A stretch of 64,000 nucleotides of DNA from an uncultured Actinomycetes bacterium (GCA_963850415.1 CAWKLE010000002.1:93865-157864), one strand, 5' to 3'. Positions 41,934-51,157 are shown, numbered from the stretch's first letter. The notes: generated from the sequence alone by a model not told the origin. Numbers and translations are program-made.

Positions 41934-44582
41934 ATGGACGAGAAATCCGACCACGCCCTCGACACGCTCGCGGCCGCGGGGGTGCGAGCTGCGGGCGAGC
42001 ACGGGCTCGACGAGGCGCTGCGGGCGGTCGTCGACGCGGCCTCCGAAGTGACGGGCGCCGACGCCGTGGCGATCCGTGTCGTGGATGCGCATGGCCGCTT
42101 GCCGGTGCGTGCGTCGGCGTGCCGATCCGAGGCGCTCGAAGCCGAGCTCGCGGGATCGTCCTTCGCGCTGCAGGAGCTGCCCGGGCAGATGGCGTCCGCC
42201 GCGGAGCTTCCGGGCGCAGTGCAGAGAGCGGCGCGCCGAGCCCGGGCAGCGGACGCGCTGCTGATTCCGGTGTGGGCGGACGGCGTCGCGCTCGGGAGCC
42301 TCGAGCTGCTGCGAGCCGGTCGGAAGCTCGACGAAAGCGAGACTGCGGCTGCCCGTGTCGCCGCCGCGCAGCTCGGCCTCGTGCTACGGGCGTTCGGCGC
42401 GGGGAACGGCGAGAGAGGCTCTCGTGTAGGCGACGGGCTCGAGCTCGCAGGCGACGCGCTCGGTGCCGCGCTCGAGGAGACACGCGGGCCGGACGAGGTC
42501 GTGTGGATCGCTGCGCGTGCGTCCGGCGCAGAGGCGGCGAGGCTCTGGCACGTCGCCGAGGGCGGGGAGCTCGAGCCGCTGGCGTCGACGGGCGGGCTCG
42601 AGGCGCTCGATGCGGATCCGCCTGCGTGGCCAGTCGAGAACGAGCCCGTGCGGATCGAGGCGGTGCGGGGAAGGACGGTCGCGACGCTCACGCTCGGCCA
42701 GCCTCCACTCGGCATCCTCCAGCTCGTCTTCGCGCCGGCGAGCTCGCCGTCTCAGCGCGACCTCGATCGGCTGGGCACGTTCGCCGTCCGGGCGGCGCAG
42801 GCCCTGCGGGCCGGCGAGCGCGCGCGCACCACATCGCTCGAGCTCGAGCGGTCCGAGGCGCTGCTCGCGGTGCTCGGCCAGGCGATCGCCGAGCTCTCTC
42901 TGGCGCACACGTTGGAGACCGCAGTCGCGCGCGTCTCGGAGTTGCTCCGCGCGGACCGCGTCGCGATCTATCTCGGGGACGCGAGCCGGCTGCGACCAGA
43001 AGACGGCGCCGGCGCGGACGCGGAGCTCGCCGTCGCCGAGCGCCTGCTCGAGCTCGCATTCGGCCCGCTCAGGGCGCAGGGCGTCCTCCACGTCGTGGAT
43101 GCCCAGGCCGACACTCGGCTCGCTCCGGTGCGCACCGCTGTGGCGGAAGCGCGGATCGACGCGGCTCTCGCCGTCCCGCTCGTCGCGCGCGAGGAGCTCG
43201 TGGGCCTGCTCGCGGTCTACCTGCCGCGCGGGCGGGAGGTGGAGCCGAACGACGCGGCGCTCCTGTCGGCGCTGGCCGCCCAGCTGGCGGTGGCGGCGCA
43301 GAACGCGGAGCTCCACGAGCGGACAACGCGGCAAGCGGCGGAGCTTCAGAAGACGATCGCCTCCGAGCGGAAGTCGGGGAAGCGGTTGCGGGCGCTGTAC
43401 GAGATCTCGGGCTCCTTCGCGCAGAGCCTCTCGCTCGACGCGACGCTCGATTCGGTGACCACCGCCGCGGTCGAGTTGCTCGAGGTCGACGCCGCCGTGA
43501 TCCGCGTGCTCGACGGTCGCGGCGACACGCTCGTTCCGCGGGTCCCGTACGTGGCCGATGCGCGCCTGGAGGCGCTGCGCCCCTTGCTCGAGCGCGAGCA
43601 GGCGGTCGAGGAGCTGCCGAACGAGCCGCTCATGCTCGATCCGCCCACAGCGCGACGGCTCGGCGAGGCGTACGAGCTGCTCGTCCCGTTCCTCGAACAT
43701 GGCGCGACTGCGCTCGTCGTCCCGATCGCCACCTCGGCAGAGCTGCTCGCCACGCTGACCGTCGTCTCGCTCGATCCCTCGCGGCGGCTCGGCGACGAGC
43801 AGGTCGAGACGGCCGTCTTCGTCGCCCGCCAGGCCGCGCTGCCGATCCAGAACGCACGCCTGACCCAGGAGCGAAAGGACTTCGCCGACACGATGCAGCG
43901 CTCGCTGCTTCCGCGCGGGCTGCCCGAGGTCGAGGGGCTCGAGGTCGGCGCCGTCTACGAGTCGTCGGCCGGGGTGGAGGTCGGCGGTGACGTCTACGAC
44001 TTCCTGACGCTGCCCGGCGGCGAGCTCGCCGTCGTGCTCGGCGACGCGAGTGGTCACGGGATTGCGGCCACCGCGGACATGGCGCTGGCCAAGTTCACCT
44101 TCCGCTCGCTCGTTCGCCTGCACCCCGACCCGGCTGCGCTCCTGGCGCAGGCGAACGAGGTCGCATTCGGCGAGCTGTCCGGCGGGAACTTCGTCACGAT
44201 GGTCTGTCTGACCGTCGATCCGACCAGCGGGGCGGTCTCGGCCGCGAGCGCCGGGCATCCCCCGATCAGGGTGCTGGCCGCCGACGGCTCGATCGGTCTG
44301 CTGGCGCCGCGCGGCCTCGCGCTTGGGATCGAGGCGGACCAAACCTACGAGACGGCGCAGGTTGTCCTGGAGCCCGGCGCCGCGCTCTGCCTCTTCACGG
44401 ACGGCCTCGTCGAGTCGCGCCGCGACGGCGACCTGTACGGCGAGGATCGGCTGCACCGCGCGCTCGCGGGCGGCCGCGAGTTCTCGGCGCAGTCGCTGGC
44501 CGAGCACGTCGTCGCAGATGCACGCGCATTCGCCGGCGAGCCGGACGACGATTACGCCGTGGTCGTCATCCGGAGGACGTAG
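41934..44582 (+). CDS. multi-GAF sensor fused to PP2C/SpoIIE-type serine phosphatase
   Basis: ATG 41934 follows GAGAGGGA. There are three or four GAF-like repeats. The C-terminal region has RSLLP....EGLEVGAVYESS...VGGDVYDF, VLGDASGHG, TDGLVESR and DDYAVVVI. Confidence 0.8.
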   Translation: MDEKSDHALDTLAAAGVRAAGEHGLDEALRAVVDAASEVTGADAVAIRVVDAHGRLPVRASACRSEALEAELAGSSFALQELPGQMASAAELPGAVQRAARRARAADALLIPVWADGVALGSLELLRAGRKLDESETAAARVAAAQLGLVLRAFGAGNGERGSRVGDGLELAGDALGAALEETRGPDEVVWIAARASGAEAARLWHVAEGGELEPLASTGGLEALDADPPAWPVENEPVRIEAVRGRTVATLTLGQPPLGILQLVFAPASSPSQRDLDRLGTFAVRAAQALRAGERARTTSLELERSEALLAVLGQAIAELSLAHTLETAVARVSELLRADRVAIYLGDASRLRPEDGAGADAELAVAERLLELAFGPLRAQGVLHVVDAQADTRLAPVRTAVAEARIDAALAVPLVAREELVGLLAVYLPRGREVEPNDAALLSALAAQLAVAAQNAELHERTTRQAAELQKTIASERKSGKRLRALYEISGSFAQSLSLDATLDSVTTAAVELLEVDAAVIRVLDGRGDTLVPRVPYVADARLEALRPLLEREQAVEELPNEPLMLDPPTARRLGEAYELLVPFLEHGATALVVPIATSAELLATLTVVSLDPSRRLGDEQVETAVFVARQAALPIQNARLTQERKDFADTMQRSLLPRGLPEVEGLEVGAVYESSAGVEVGGDVYDFLTLPGGELAVVLGDASGHGIAATADMALAKFTFRSLVRLHPDPAALLAQANEVAFGELSGGNFVTMVCLTVDPTSGAVSAASAGHPPIRVLAADGSIGLLAPRGLALGIEADQTYETAQVVLEPGAALCLFTDGLVESRRDGDLYGEDRLHRALAGGREFSAQSLAEHVVADARAFAGEPDDDYAVVVIRRT

Positions 44583-44584
44583 CG

Positions 44585-46153
44585 GTGGCGGAAGCGGTCG
44601 GCGCGAGCGAGCACGGTGCAGAGGCCGTCCAGGCGCGAGGCCTCGCGTTCGCGCTCTACGCGCTCGTGTTCTGCACGGGAGCCGCCGCGCTGGCAACCGA
44701 AATCGGCGCCGCGCGCCTCCTCGCTCCCTACTACGGGAGCTCGACGATCGTCTGGGCGAACGTCATCGGCCTCGTGCTCGCGTCACTCGCGGTCGGCTAT
44801 TGGATCGGCGGGAAGATCGCGGACCGCAACCCGAGCCCGAGGGTGCTGGGGCGGATCGTGGTGCTCGCGGCGGTCCTGATCGCGATCGTCCCGTTCGCGG
44901 CCGGCCCGTTCCTGGACGTCTCTGTGAAGGGGCTCGACCGGGTCTCGGCCGGAGCGGCGATCGGCTCCTTCTTCGCGGTGCTCGCACTCTTCGCGCCGTC
45001 GCTGATGCTGCTCGGGATGGTCGCGCCCTTCGCCGTGCGGCTCGCGATCGAGGACGTGCGCGACGCGGGCACGGTCGCCGGGCGCCTGTACGCGCTCTCC
45101 ACGGCGGGCAGCCTCCTGGGCACCTTTCTCGCCGCGCTCGTGCTCATCCCGTCGATCGGAACCCGGAGGACGCTGCTCGCGGCCGCGCTGCTCGTCGCTC
45201 TGTCCGGCGCGGCGCTGCTCGGCCGGCGCTGGCTCCTCGTCGCGGCGGGCGTGGGGGCGCTGATCGCGATCCCGGCCGGCGCGGTGCGCGCGGAGCCGGG
45301 TCTGATCTACGAGCACGAGTCGCGCTACCAGTTCATCCACGTCACCGAGTTGCACGGAGTCCGGCGGCTGTACCTGAACGAGGGCCTCGCCGTGCACTCG
45401 CTCTGGCGGCCGAACACCGTCCTCACCGGCGGGGAGTGGGACACCTATCTCGCTGTTCCGCCGCTGCTCGGCCGTCTGCTGAGGCGAGTCGCGATCCTCG
45501 GCAATGCGGGCGGCACGACGGCCCGGGCGATGGGCGTCTTCTATCCGCAGGCCCGGATCGACGGAGTCGAGCTCGACCCGGACGTGACCGCGGTCGGTCG
45601 CCGCTACTTCGGGCTGAACGACAATCCCCGGCTGCACGTGATCACGGCGGACGCGCGGCCATTCCTGCGCACGACGAAGAAGCGGTACGACCTGATCATC
45701 GTCGACGCCTACCGACCCCCGTACGTGCCGTTCTACCTCGCGACGCAGGAGTTCTTCCGCCTGGCCCGGTCGCGGCTCGCGCCCGGCGGGGCGATCGTCC
45801 TCAACGTCGGGTCGACGCCCGACGACCACCGCCTCGCCGAGGGCGTCTCCGGGACGCTCGCGACGGAGTTCCCGCGCGTCCTCACGTGGCAGCCGCTGCG
45901 CTTCAACCAGTTCGTGATCGGCCTCGACCGGCCCGAGCCGCGCGCTGTGCTCGTCCGGCGCCTTCGCCACGGACCGGCTCGGCTGCAGTCGCTGAGGAGC
46001 CTCCTTGCCCGCGACATGCGCGTCGCCGCTCCCTCCTCCGACCCGTGGACGGACGATCGCGCGCCCGTCGAGTGGATCACGGACCGGATGATCCTCGAGT
46101 TCGCGGCCCGCGGCGGCCGCTTCGAGGAATACCCGCTGCCGACGGCGCCGTGA
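44585..46153 (+). CDS. fused membrane domain / spermidine synthase-like (SpeE family) protein
   Basis: An N-terminal domain of about 7 TM helices is followed by YQFIHV......R.LYLNEG, ILGNAGGT and IIVDAY (class I MTase/aminopropyltransferase fold). Confidence 0.7.
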   Translation: MAEAVGASEHGAEAVQARGLAFALYALVFCTGAAALATEIGAARLLAPYYGSSTIVWANVIGLVLASLAVGYWIGGKIADRNPSPRVLGRIVVLAAVLIAIVPFAAGPFLDVSVKGLDRVSAGAAIGSFFAVLALFAPSLMLLGMVAPFAVRLAIEDVRDAGTVAGRLYALSTAGSLLGTFLAALVLIPSIGTRRTLLAAALLVALSGAALLGRRWLLVAAGVGALIAIPAGAVRAEPGLIYEHESRYQFIHVTELHGVRRLYLNEGLAVHSLWRPNTVLTGGEWDTYLAVPPLLGRLLRRVAILGNAGGTTARAMGVFYPQARIDGVELDPDVTAVGRRYFGLNDNPRLHVITADARPFLRTTKKRYDLIIVDAYRPPYVPFYLATQEFFRLARSRLAPGGAIVLNVGSTPDDHRLAEGVSGTLATEFPRVLTWQPLRFNQFVIGLDRPEPRAVLVRRLRHGPARLQSLRSLLARDMRVAAPSSDPWTDDRAPVEWITDRMILEFAARGGRFEEYPLPTAP

Positions 46154-46857
46154 AGCTTCTCCGCGGCGATGGCCCGGTTCTCAGGATCGGGCATCGAGGC
46201 GCAGCGGCGCTCGCGCCCGCGAACACGATCGCGGCCGTGGAGGCGGGGCTCGAGCACGGCGTCGACCACGTCGAGCTCGACGTCTTCGCGGGGCATGACG
46301 GACAGCTGGTTCTCGGCCACTCGCGCAAGGAGCTCGCCGATGAGCCGGTGGCGCTCGACGAGATGCTCGCGTTCCTCGCCGACCGCGCGCCCGAGGTCGG
46401 CGTGCTCACGGACCTGAAGTTCGCAGGCAAGGAGCGGGCGCTCGTCGGGGCGCTCCGAGCCCACGGTTTCGTCGAACGGGCGCTCGCCTGCACGAGCCAG
46501 GTGGCCACGCTGCAGAACCTGAAGCGGCTCGAACCGAAGCTCGCCCGCAGCCGGACCTATCCGCACGGACGCGTCTATCTCGGGGGACATCGCACGTTCA
46601 TCCACGTCGCCGGACCGGTGCGGTGGGCGATGCGCGCGGCGCTCCCGTACCGCGCCCGCGGCCTCGTCGAGGAGGCCGGAGCCTCGGCCATGACGCTGAA
46701 CAAGCGCGTCGTGACACGCGCCACCGTCGAACGCTGCCACGAGCTCGGCGTCGCCGTCTTCGCGTGGACGGTGAACGACCGGAACACGGCGCGGCGCCTC
46801 GACGAGCTCGGGGTCGACGGCGTGATCACCGATGACCCGCGGATCCTGGTGGGCTAG
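46150..46857 (+). CDS. glycerophosphodiester phosphodiesterase family protein
   Basis: GTGA overlap with the upstream gene. The product has IGHRGAAALAPANT, VELDV and WTVND......L..LGVDGVITDDP. Confidence 0.8.
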   Translation: MKLLRGDGPVLRIGHRGAAALAPANTIAAVEAGLEHGVDHVELDVFAGHDGQLVLGHSRKELADEPVALDEMLAFLADRAPEVGVLTDLKFAGKERALVGALRAHGFVERALACTSQVATLQNLKRLEPKLARSRTYPHGRVYLGGHRTFIHVAGPVRWAMRAALPYRARGLVEEAGASAMTLNKRVVTRATVERCHELGVAVFAWTVNDRNTARRLDELGVDGVITDDPRILVG

Positions 46858-46875
46858 CGGGCTACACTCCAAGGC

Positions 46876-47910
46876 GTGAAACGCCTCGGCTACGCCGTTT
46901 TGGCGCTCGCCTGCGCTGCGGCGGGCGCGCTCACCTCCGTCGTCCTCGCGGGCGGCGTGGGTGCTGCCGGTTTCCTGACGACCGGCACGACGACGGGCAC
47001 CACGTCGACCGGCACTACGACGACGACCCCGCTGCCCTCGCTGATCGCACCCGGAGTCACGATCTCCGGCGTCCCGGTCGGCGGCATGACCGCGGAGGAA
47101 GCCACGACAGTCGTCCGCGAGCGCTTCGAGCTTCCATTGCCGCTCGTCCTCGACCGCAAGCACCGGCTGGCCCCTGCGCCCGAGGCCCTCGGTGCGAGCG
47201 CACACGTCGACGAGGCGATCACGAAGGCGCTGACCGCGCTACCCGGCGCGGCGATCACCCTGCCGGTGCTGATCGACGGCAACGTCGTCCGGGCCTACGT
47301 GCTCCAGGTGGCGAAGCGCTTCTACCGCAAGCCGGTGGACGCCCAGGTCTTCCTGCGCCGCCTGAAGCCGGTCATCGTCCCGGACCGTCCGGGCCTCGTC
47401 GTGAACCGCCTCGTGCTGACGACCTCGATCGTGCAGCGCCTGCGCGCCACGAGCCGCGTCCGCGTCCGGATCCGCCACAGCTCCCAGCCGGCGGCGACGA
47501 AGCGCAGCGCGTTCCGCTCCGTGATCGTGATCCGCCGCAGCTCGAACCGGCTCTACCTGTTCCGGTACGACCATCTGCGGAGACTGTTCCGCGTCGCGAC
47601 CGGCCAGTCGATCTACCCGACGCCGCTCGGCCGCTTCGACATCCTCGTCAAGTGGCGGAACCCCTGGTGGTACCCGCCCAACTCGCGCTGGGCGAAGGGC
47701 CAGAAGCCGATCCCGCCCGGCCCGAGCAACCCGCTCGGGACGCGCTGGATGGGCCTCTCCGCGCCCGGCGTCGGAATCCACGGGACGCCGAACCCGGCCT
47801 CGATCGGCTACTCGGTCTCGCACGGCTGCATCCGGATGTACATCCCGGACGCCGAATGGCTGTTCAACGCCGTCGACATCGGGACGACGGTGTTCATCGT
47901 CTCGGCCTGA
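46876..47910 (+). CDS. L,D-transpeptidase (YkuD domain) with signal peptide and Thr/Gly linker
   Basis: The C-terminal YkuD signature is PTPLG.F.I......P.W........G..P.PPG..NPLG.RW..L....GIHGT......G...SHGCIRM. Confidence 0.85.
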   Translation: MKRLGYAVLALACAAAGALTSVVLAGGVGAAGFLTTGTTTGTTSTGTTTTTPLPSLIAPGVTISGVPVGGMTAEEATTVVRERFELPLPLVLDRKHRLAPAPEALGASAHVDEAITKALTALPGAAITLPVLIDGNVVRAYVLQVAKRFYRKPVDAQVFLRRLKPVIVPDRPGLVVNRLVLTTSIVQRLRATSRVRVRIRHSSQPAATKRSAFRSVIVIRRSSNRLYLFRYDHLRRLFRVATGQSIYPTPLGRFDILVKWRNPWWYPPNSRWAKGQKPIPPGPSNPLGTRWMGLSAPGVGIHGTPNPASIGYSVSHGCIRMYIPDAEWLFNAVDIGTTVFIVSA

Positions 47911-48452
47911 TGCGGAGGCTCAAACTCGCGGGTCAGATCGGGTCGGTCGGGCTCGTCGGGGCGCTGCTCGTCCTGCTCGTCTGGAAGGTCGTGCAGAACG
48001 ACCGGACGAACGTCGCCAACTCGTTCACGAAGGGACACGTGACGAAGCCGGTCGACTTCGATCTCACGCGCCTGAACGGCAACGGGAAGCTGCAGCTGTC
48101 GTCGCTCAAGGGCAAGGTCGTGGTCGTCAACTTCTGGGCCTCCTGGTGCGAGCCGTGCAAGAGCGAGGCGCCGCGCTTCCAGCAGGCGTTCGAGCGCTAC
48201 GGCAACCGCGTCGCGTTCGTCGGCGTCGACACGGCGGACTACTCGGCGGACGCGGGCAAGTTCCTCAGCCGCTACGGCGTGACGTACCCGAACGTCCGCG
48301 ATCCCGATCGAAGCGTGCTCGGGAAGTACGGCGGCTTGCCGATCCCGCGCACGTTCGTGATCTCGCCGAACTGGCGGGTGACCGGGTACATCTTCGGCGA
48401 GGCGCGCTCCCAGGAGATCGACAGCGCGATCCAGCGAGCGCTCGGCGCATGA
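47910..48452 (+). CDS. TlpA/ResA-type thiol-disulfide oxidoreductase
   Basis: There is an N-terminal anchor. The product has VVVNFWASWCEPCKSEAP (CxxC) and a GLPIPRTFVI thioredoxin fold. Its start overlaps the ldt stop. Confidence 0.85.
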   Translation: MRRLKLAGQIGSVGLVGALLVLLVWKVVQNDRTNVANSFTKGHVTKPVDFDLTRLNGNGKLQLSSLKGKVVVVNFWASWCEPCKSEAPRFQQAFERYGNRVAFVGVDTADYSADAGKFLSRYGVTYPNVRDPDRSVLGKYGGLPIPRTFVISPNWRVTGYIFGEARSQEIDSAIQRALGA

Positions 48453-49114
48453 GGCGGGCGGCGGTCGCTGTTGCGCTGCTCGCGCTGGTCGCAGTGCCCG
48501 TTGCCGGGGCGAGCGAGGATCACCCGACGTCGCTCGAGGTCCAGAACGAGCTCTACTGCGACGACTGCCAGACGACGCTCGCCGAGGCGAGCTCGGTCTC
48601 GTGGACGCCCGCAGCGATCCAGCAGATCCACCAGATGATCCGAGAGGGTTACAAGAAGAGCCAGATCAAGCAGACGGTCGCCAGGAAGTACTACGGGCAC
48701 CTGGAGGTGTTGCCCGCGAAGCCCGCAGGCAACCGGCCCACCCTCGCCGACTTGGAGGGCGAGATCATGTGCCCGGCGTGCGATACGACGCTCGACCAGT
48801 CGAGCTCACCCGCTGCCCGGCAGGTCAAGGCTCTGATCTCGGCGCGGATTGCGGCCGGCGACTCGAAGCAGGAGATCAAGGATTTGCTCGTCGCGCAGTA
48901 CGGGACGAAAATTCTCGCAGCTCCACCCAAGAAGGGCTTCAACCTGCTGGCCTGGCTGCTGCCCTTCGTCGCGCTGTTCGGCGGCGCAATCGTCCTCGGC
49001 CTGCTCGCGTGGCGCTGGAGCCACACGCGTGAGCCGGGGCCGCCGGCCGCGCAACTGAGCCCCGCGCTCGAGCGGCGCGTCGACGAAGAGCTCGCCCGCT
49101 TCGACGAGGGCTGA
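48449..49114 (+). CDS. cytochrome c maturation CcmH/NrfF-like protein with two tandem CcmH-type modules
   Basis: Signal peptide. Module 1 has YCDDCQTTL. Module 2 has LEGEIMCPACDTTLDQSSSPAARQVKALI...GDSKQEIKDLLVAQYG..IL..PP plus a C-terminal TM. Confidence 0.7.
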   Translation: MRRAAVAVALLALVAVPVAGASEDHPTSLEVQNELYCDDCQTTLAEASSVSWTPAAIQQIHQMIREGYKKSQIKQTVARKYYGHLEVLPAKPAGNRPTLADLEGEIMCPACDTTLDQSSSPAARQVKALISARIAAGDSKQEIKDLLVAQYGTKILAAPPKKGFNLLAWLLPFVALFGGAIVLGLLAWRWSHTREPGPPAAQLSPALERRVDEELARFDEG

Positions 49115-49118
49115 TCCT

Positions 49119-49826
49119 TTGGCCGGACAGATCCCCGCAGCCTTCCTGGCGGGCGTCATCTCGATCATCACGCCCTGCGTCCTCCCGCTCGTGCCGGGCT
49201 ACCTCTCGGCCGTGTCCGCGATCGAGGCCGATCGACTGGGAACGCCCGGAGCCGCGCGGCGGGTCGCGCTCGCCAGCCTCCCGTTCATCCTCGGCTTCAC
49301 CGTCGTCTTCGTCGTCCTCGGCGCGGGCGCTGCCGCGATCGGCGGCGTGCTTCCCTCGGATCGTCAGCTCGAGCTCGCCGGCCTCATCCTCGTCGTGATC
49401 GGCCTGACGTTCATCGGGCTTCTGCCCTGGCCCGAGCGGCTCCTGGCGCCGGGCCTGCTCACGGGAGCGCGTCGGCGAAACTCGAGCATCCTGCTCGGCG
49501 GAGCGTTCGCGATCTGCGCGGCCCCGTGCATCGGCGCTGTGCTCGCCTCGATCCTCGCGATCGCGACCACGAGCTCGATCGTCAAGGGAGCAGTGCTGCT
49601 CGCGTTCTACTCGGCCGGGCTGGGACTGGCCTTCCTGCTCGCCGCGGTCGGCTTCACGCAGGCGATGGGCGCCTTCCGCTGGCTCCGCGACCACTACGTC
49701 GCGATCAGGATCGCCGGCGGCGTGACACTAGTCGTGCTGGGCCTGCTCCTCTTCTTCCACAAGGACTGGTGGCTGAACGTGTTCCTGAACCGGCTGCTCA
49801 ACGACGTCGGCCTAGGGAACGTCTAG
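49119..49826 (+). CDS. ccdA: cytochrome c biogenesis protein CcdA (DsbD-like thiol transporter)
   Basis: TTG start, six TM helices. The two conserved Cys motifs ITPCVLPLVPGYL and CAAPCIG are present. Confidence 0.85.
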   Translation: MAGQIPAAFLAGVISIITPCVLPLVPGYLSAVSAIEADRLGTPGAARRVALASLPFILGFTVVFVVLGAGAAAIGGVLPSDRQLELAGLILVVIGLTFIGLLPWPERLLAPGLLTGARRRNSSILLGGAFAICAAPCIGAVLASILAIATTSSIVKGAVLLAFYSAGLGLAFLLAAVGFTQAMGAFRWLRDHYVAIRIAGGVTLVVLGLLLFFHKDWWLNVFLNRLLNDVGLGNV

Positions 49827-50123
49827 CGGCGGCGGATCTAGCGAGCCCGCAACACGAGCCGCGGCCACCTGGCGCAGGAACCCGTCGACGTCGACCCCGC
49901 GATGGGTCGGCGCGAACGGCCCGAGCCTGCGTTCCGCCTTCTCGAGCTGCCGCTCGAAGCCGACCCGGTTCCCACGGCCAGACTGGTACCAGGCGACGAC
50001 GACGTGCACGAGCCCCTGGAAGAAGTCCTTCTCCTCGGGCTCGGATGCGCGCCACGCGTCCTCGAGCGCCTCGTGCGCGGCGAAGTACTCGCCTTGGCGG
50101 GCAAGCTCGAGGCCCCGCGCCAG
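49812..50123 (-). CDS. DUF309 domain-containing protein, no canonical start
   Basis: My translation gives (L)ARGLELARQGEYFAAHEALEDAWRASEPEEKDFFQGLVHVVVAWYQSGRGNRVG, the DUF309 pattern. The only upstream start-like codon is CTG 50123-50121, one nt after the Rieske TGA. The track starts at an internal GTG (50009). Confidence 0.6.
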   Translation of the reverse strand: MARGLELARQGEYFAAHEALEDAWRASEPEEKDFFQGLVHVVVAWYQSGRGNRVGFERQLEKAERRLGPFAPTHRGVDVDGFLRQVAAARVAGSLDPPPLDVP

Positions 50124-50124
50124 C

Positions 50125-50433
50125 TCAGTCGAGACCGACCTTGACCTCTCCGTCCTCGACCTTGATCTCGTACGTCTGCGCCTGGATCGCGAGGTCGAAG
50201 TCGTTCTTGCCCGTCTTCGGGTCGTACTTCCAGCCGTGCCACGGGCACGTGAGGTAGTGATTCGCGTCGAGCACGCCCTCGCCGAGCGGGCCCTTCAGGT
50301 GCAGGCAGTGCCCCTGGAGCGCGTAGAACTCGCCGTCGAGGTTGACGAGCGCGATCTGGACCTCGCCCGCCTTGACCGGGGACACGGTTCCGGGTGCGAC
50401 GTCGGCGACCTGGGCAACCGTCACGAACTCCAT
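50125..50433 (-). CDS. Rieske [2Fe-2S] ferredoxin-type protein
   Basis: 102 aa with the CLHLKGPL and CPWHGWKY Rieske ligand boxes. Confidence 0.85.
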   Translation of the reverse strand: MEFVTVAQVADVAPGTVSPVKAGEVQIALVNLDGEFYALQGHCLHLKGPLGEGVLDANHYLTCPWHGWKYDPKTGKNDFDLAIQAQTYEIKVEDGEVKVGLD

Positions 50434-50473
50434 GCTGGTTCCGACGGTAACAGAGTGCTACCCTCGGGCCGCC

Positions 50474-50788
50474 GTGGCGACGATCCTGTTGGCCGGGGTG
50501 GATCTCTTCATCCGGGGCAAGCTCGAAGCCTCGCTCGCCGATCATCACCTCGTGACGACCGACAGCGCGGATCCGCCCGATCTCGTGATCGCGGACGTCG
50601 CACGCCTCGATCCGTACGACGTCGCCGACGAGTATCCGGACGTGCCGTTGCTCGGTTTCACGAACCACAAGGACACGGCCGGGCTGCGCCGCGCGAACGA
50701 GGCCGGCTTCGATCAGGTGGTCGCGAAATCCGCCCTAGACGCGCAGGCTCGGGAACTGATCGACCGACTACTCGCCTCGGTAGACTGA
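50474..50788 (+). CDS. stand-alone receiver-like (pseudo-receiver) domain protein
   Basis: GTG 50474. It has an (a/b)5-like pattern with DLVIADV, LLGFTNH and VVAKS. The N-terminal acidic pair is replaced (LLAGVD). Confidence 0.45.
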   Translation: MATILLAGVDLFIRGKLEASLADHHLVTTDSADPPDLVIADVARLDPYDVADEYPDVPLLGFTNHKDTAGLRRANEAGFDQVVAKSALDAQARELIDRLLASVD

Positions 50789-50797
50789 CGCGCCCCG

Positions 50798-51103
50798 ATG
50801 ACCTACATCATCGCCGAGCCCTGCATCGACATCAAAGACCTGTCCTGCGTGGACGTCTGCCCGGTCGACTGCATCCACGAGTTCGAGCGCATCCTGATCA
50901 TCGACCCCGAGGAGTGCATCGACTGCGGGGCCTGCGAACCGGAGTGCCCGGTCGAGGCGATCTTCCCCGAGGACGCGCTCCCCGAGAAGTGGGAGCCGTT
51001 CGTGAAGATCAACTACGCGTACGGCGATGGGGCGGACGTCGTGAACAAGCTGACGACGGACTACGCGACCGAGCACAACGTCCAGAACCCACCCCTGGAA
51101 TAG
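50798..51103 (+). CDS. fdxA: 7Fe-type ferredoxin (FdxA-like)
   Basis: [26 protein letters not shown]....[22 protein letters not shown] is the classic [3Fe-4S][4Fe-4S] cysteine pattern. Confidence 0.9.
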   Translation: MTYIIAEPCIDIKDLSCVDVCPVDCIHEFERILIIDPEECIDCGACEPECPVEAIFPEDALPEKWEPFVKINYAYGDGADVVNKLTTDYATEHNVQNPPLE

Positions 51104-51157
51104 AAACTCGCCCGTACGGGCAAGTCTTCTGGGCAAGCGAATTGAAGGGGGTCTGTC

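Noticed and set aside
42384-44696. 770-aa minus-strand ORF, plus the plus-strand Arg-rich ORFs 42119..43990 and 42463..43458
   Set aside because: They are shadows of the GAF-PP2C phosphatase gene (41934..44582), the only frame with sensible composition and PP2C motifs.
51110-51121. GCCCGTACGGGC palindrome after fdxA as a terminator
   Set aside because: The stem is only 4-5 bp with a 2-4-nt loop and has no U-tract. It is too weak to call.
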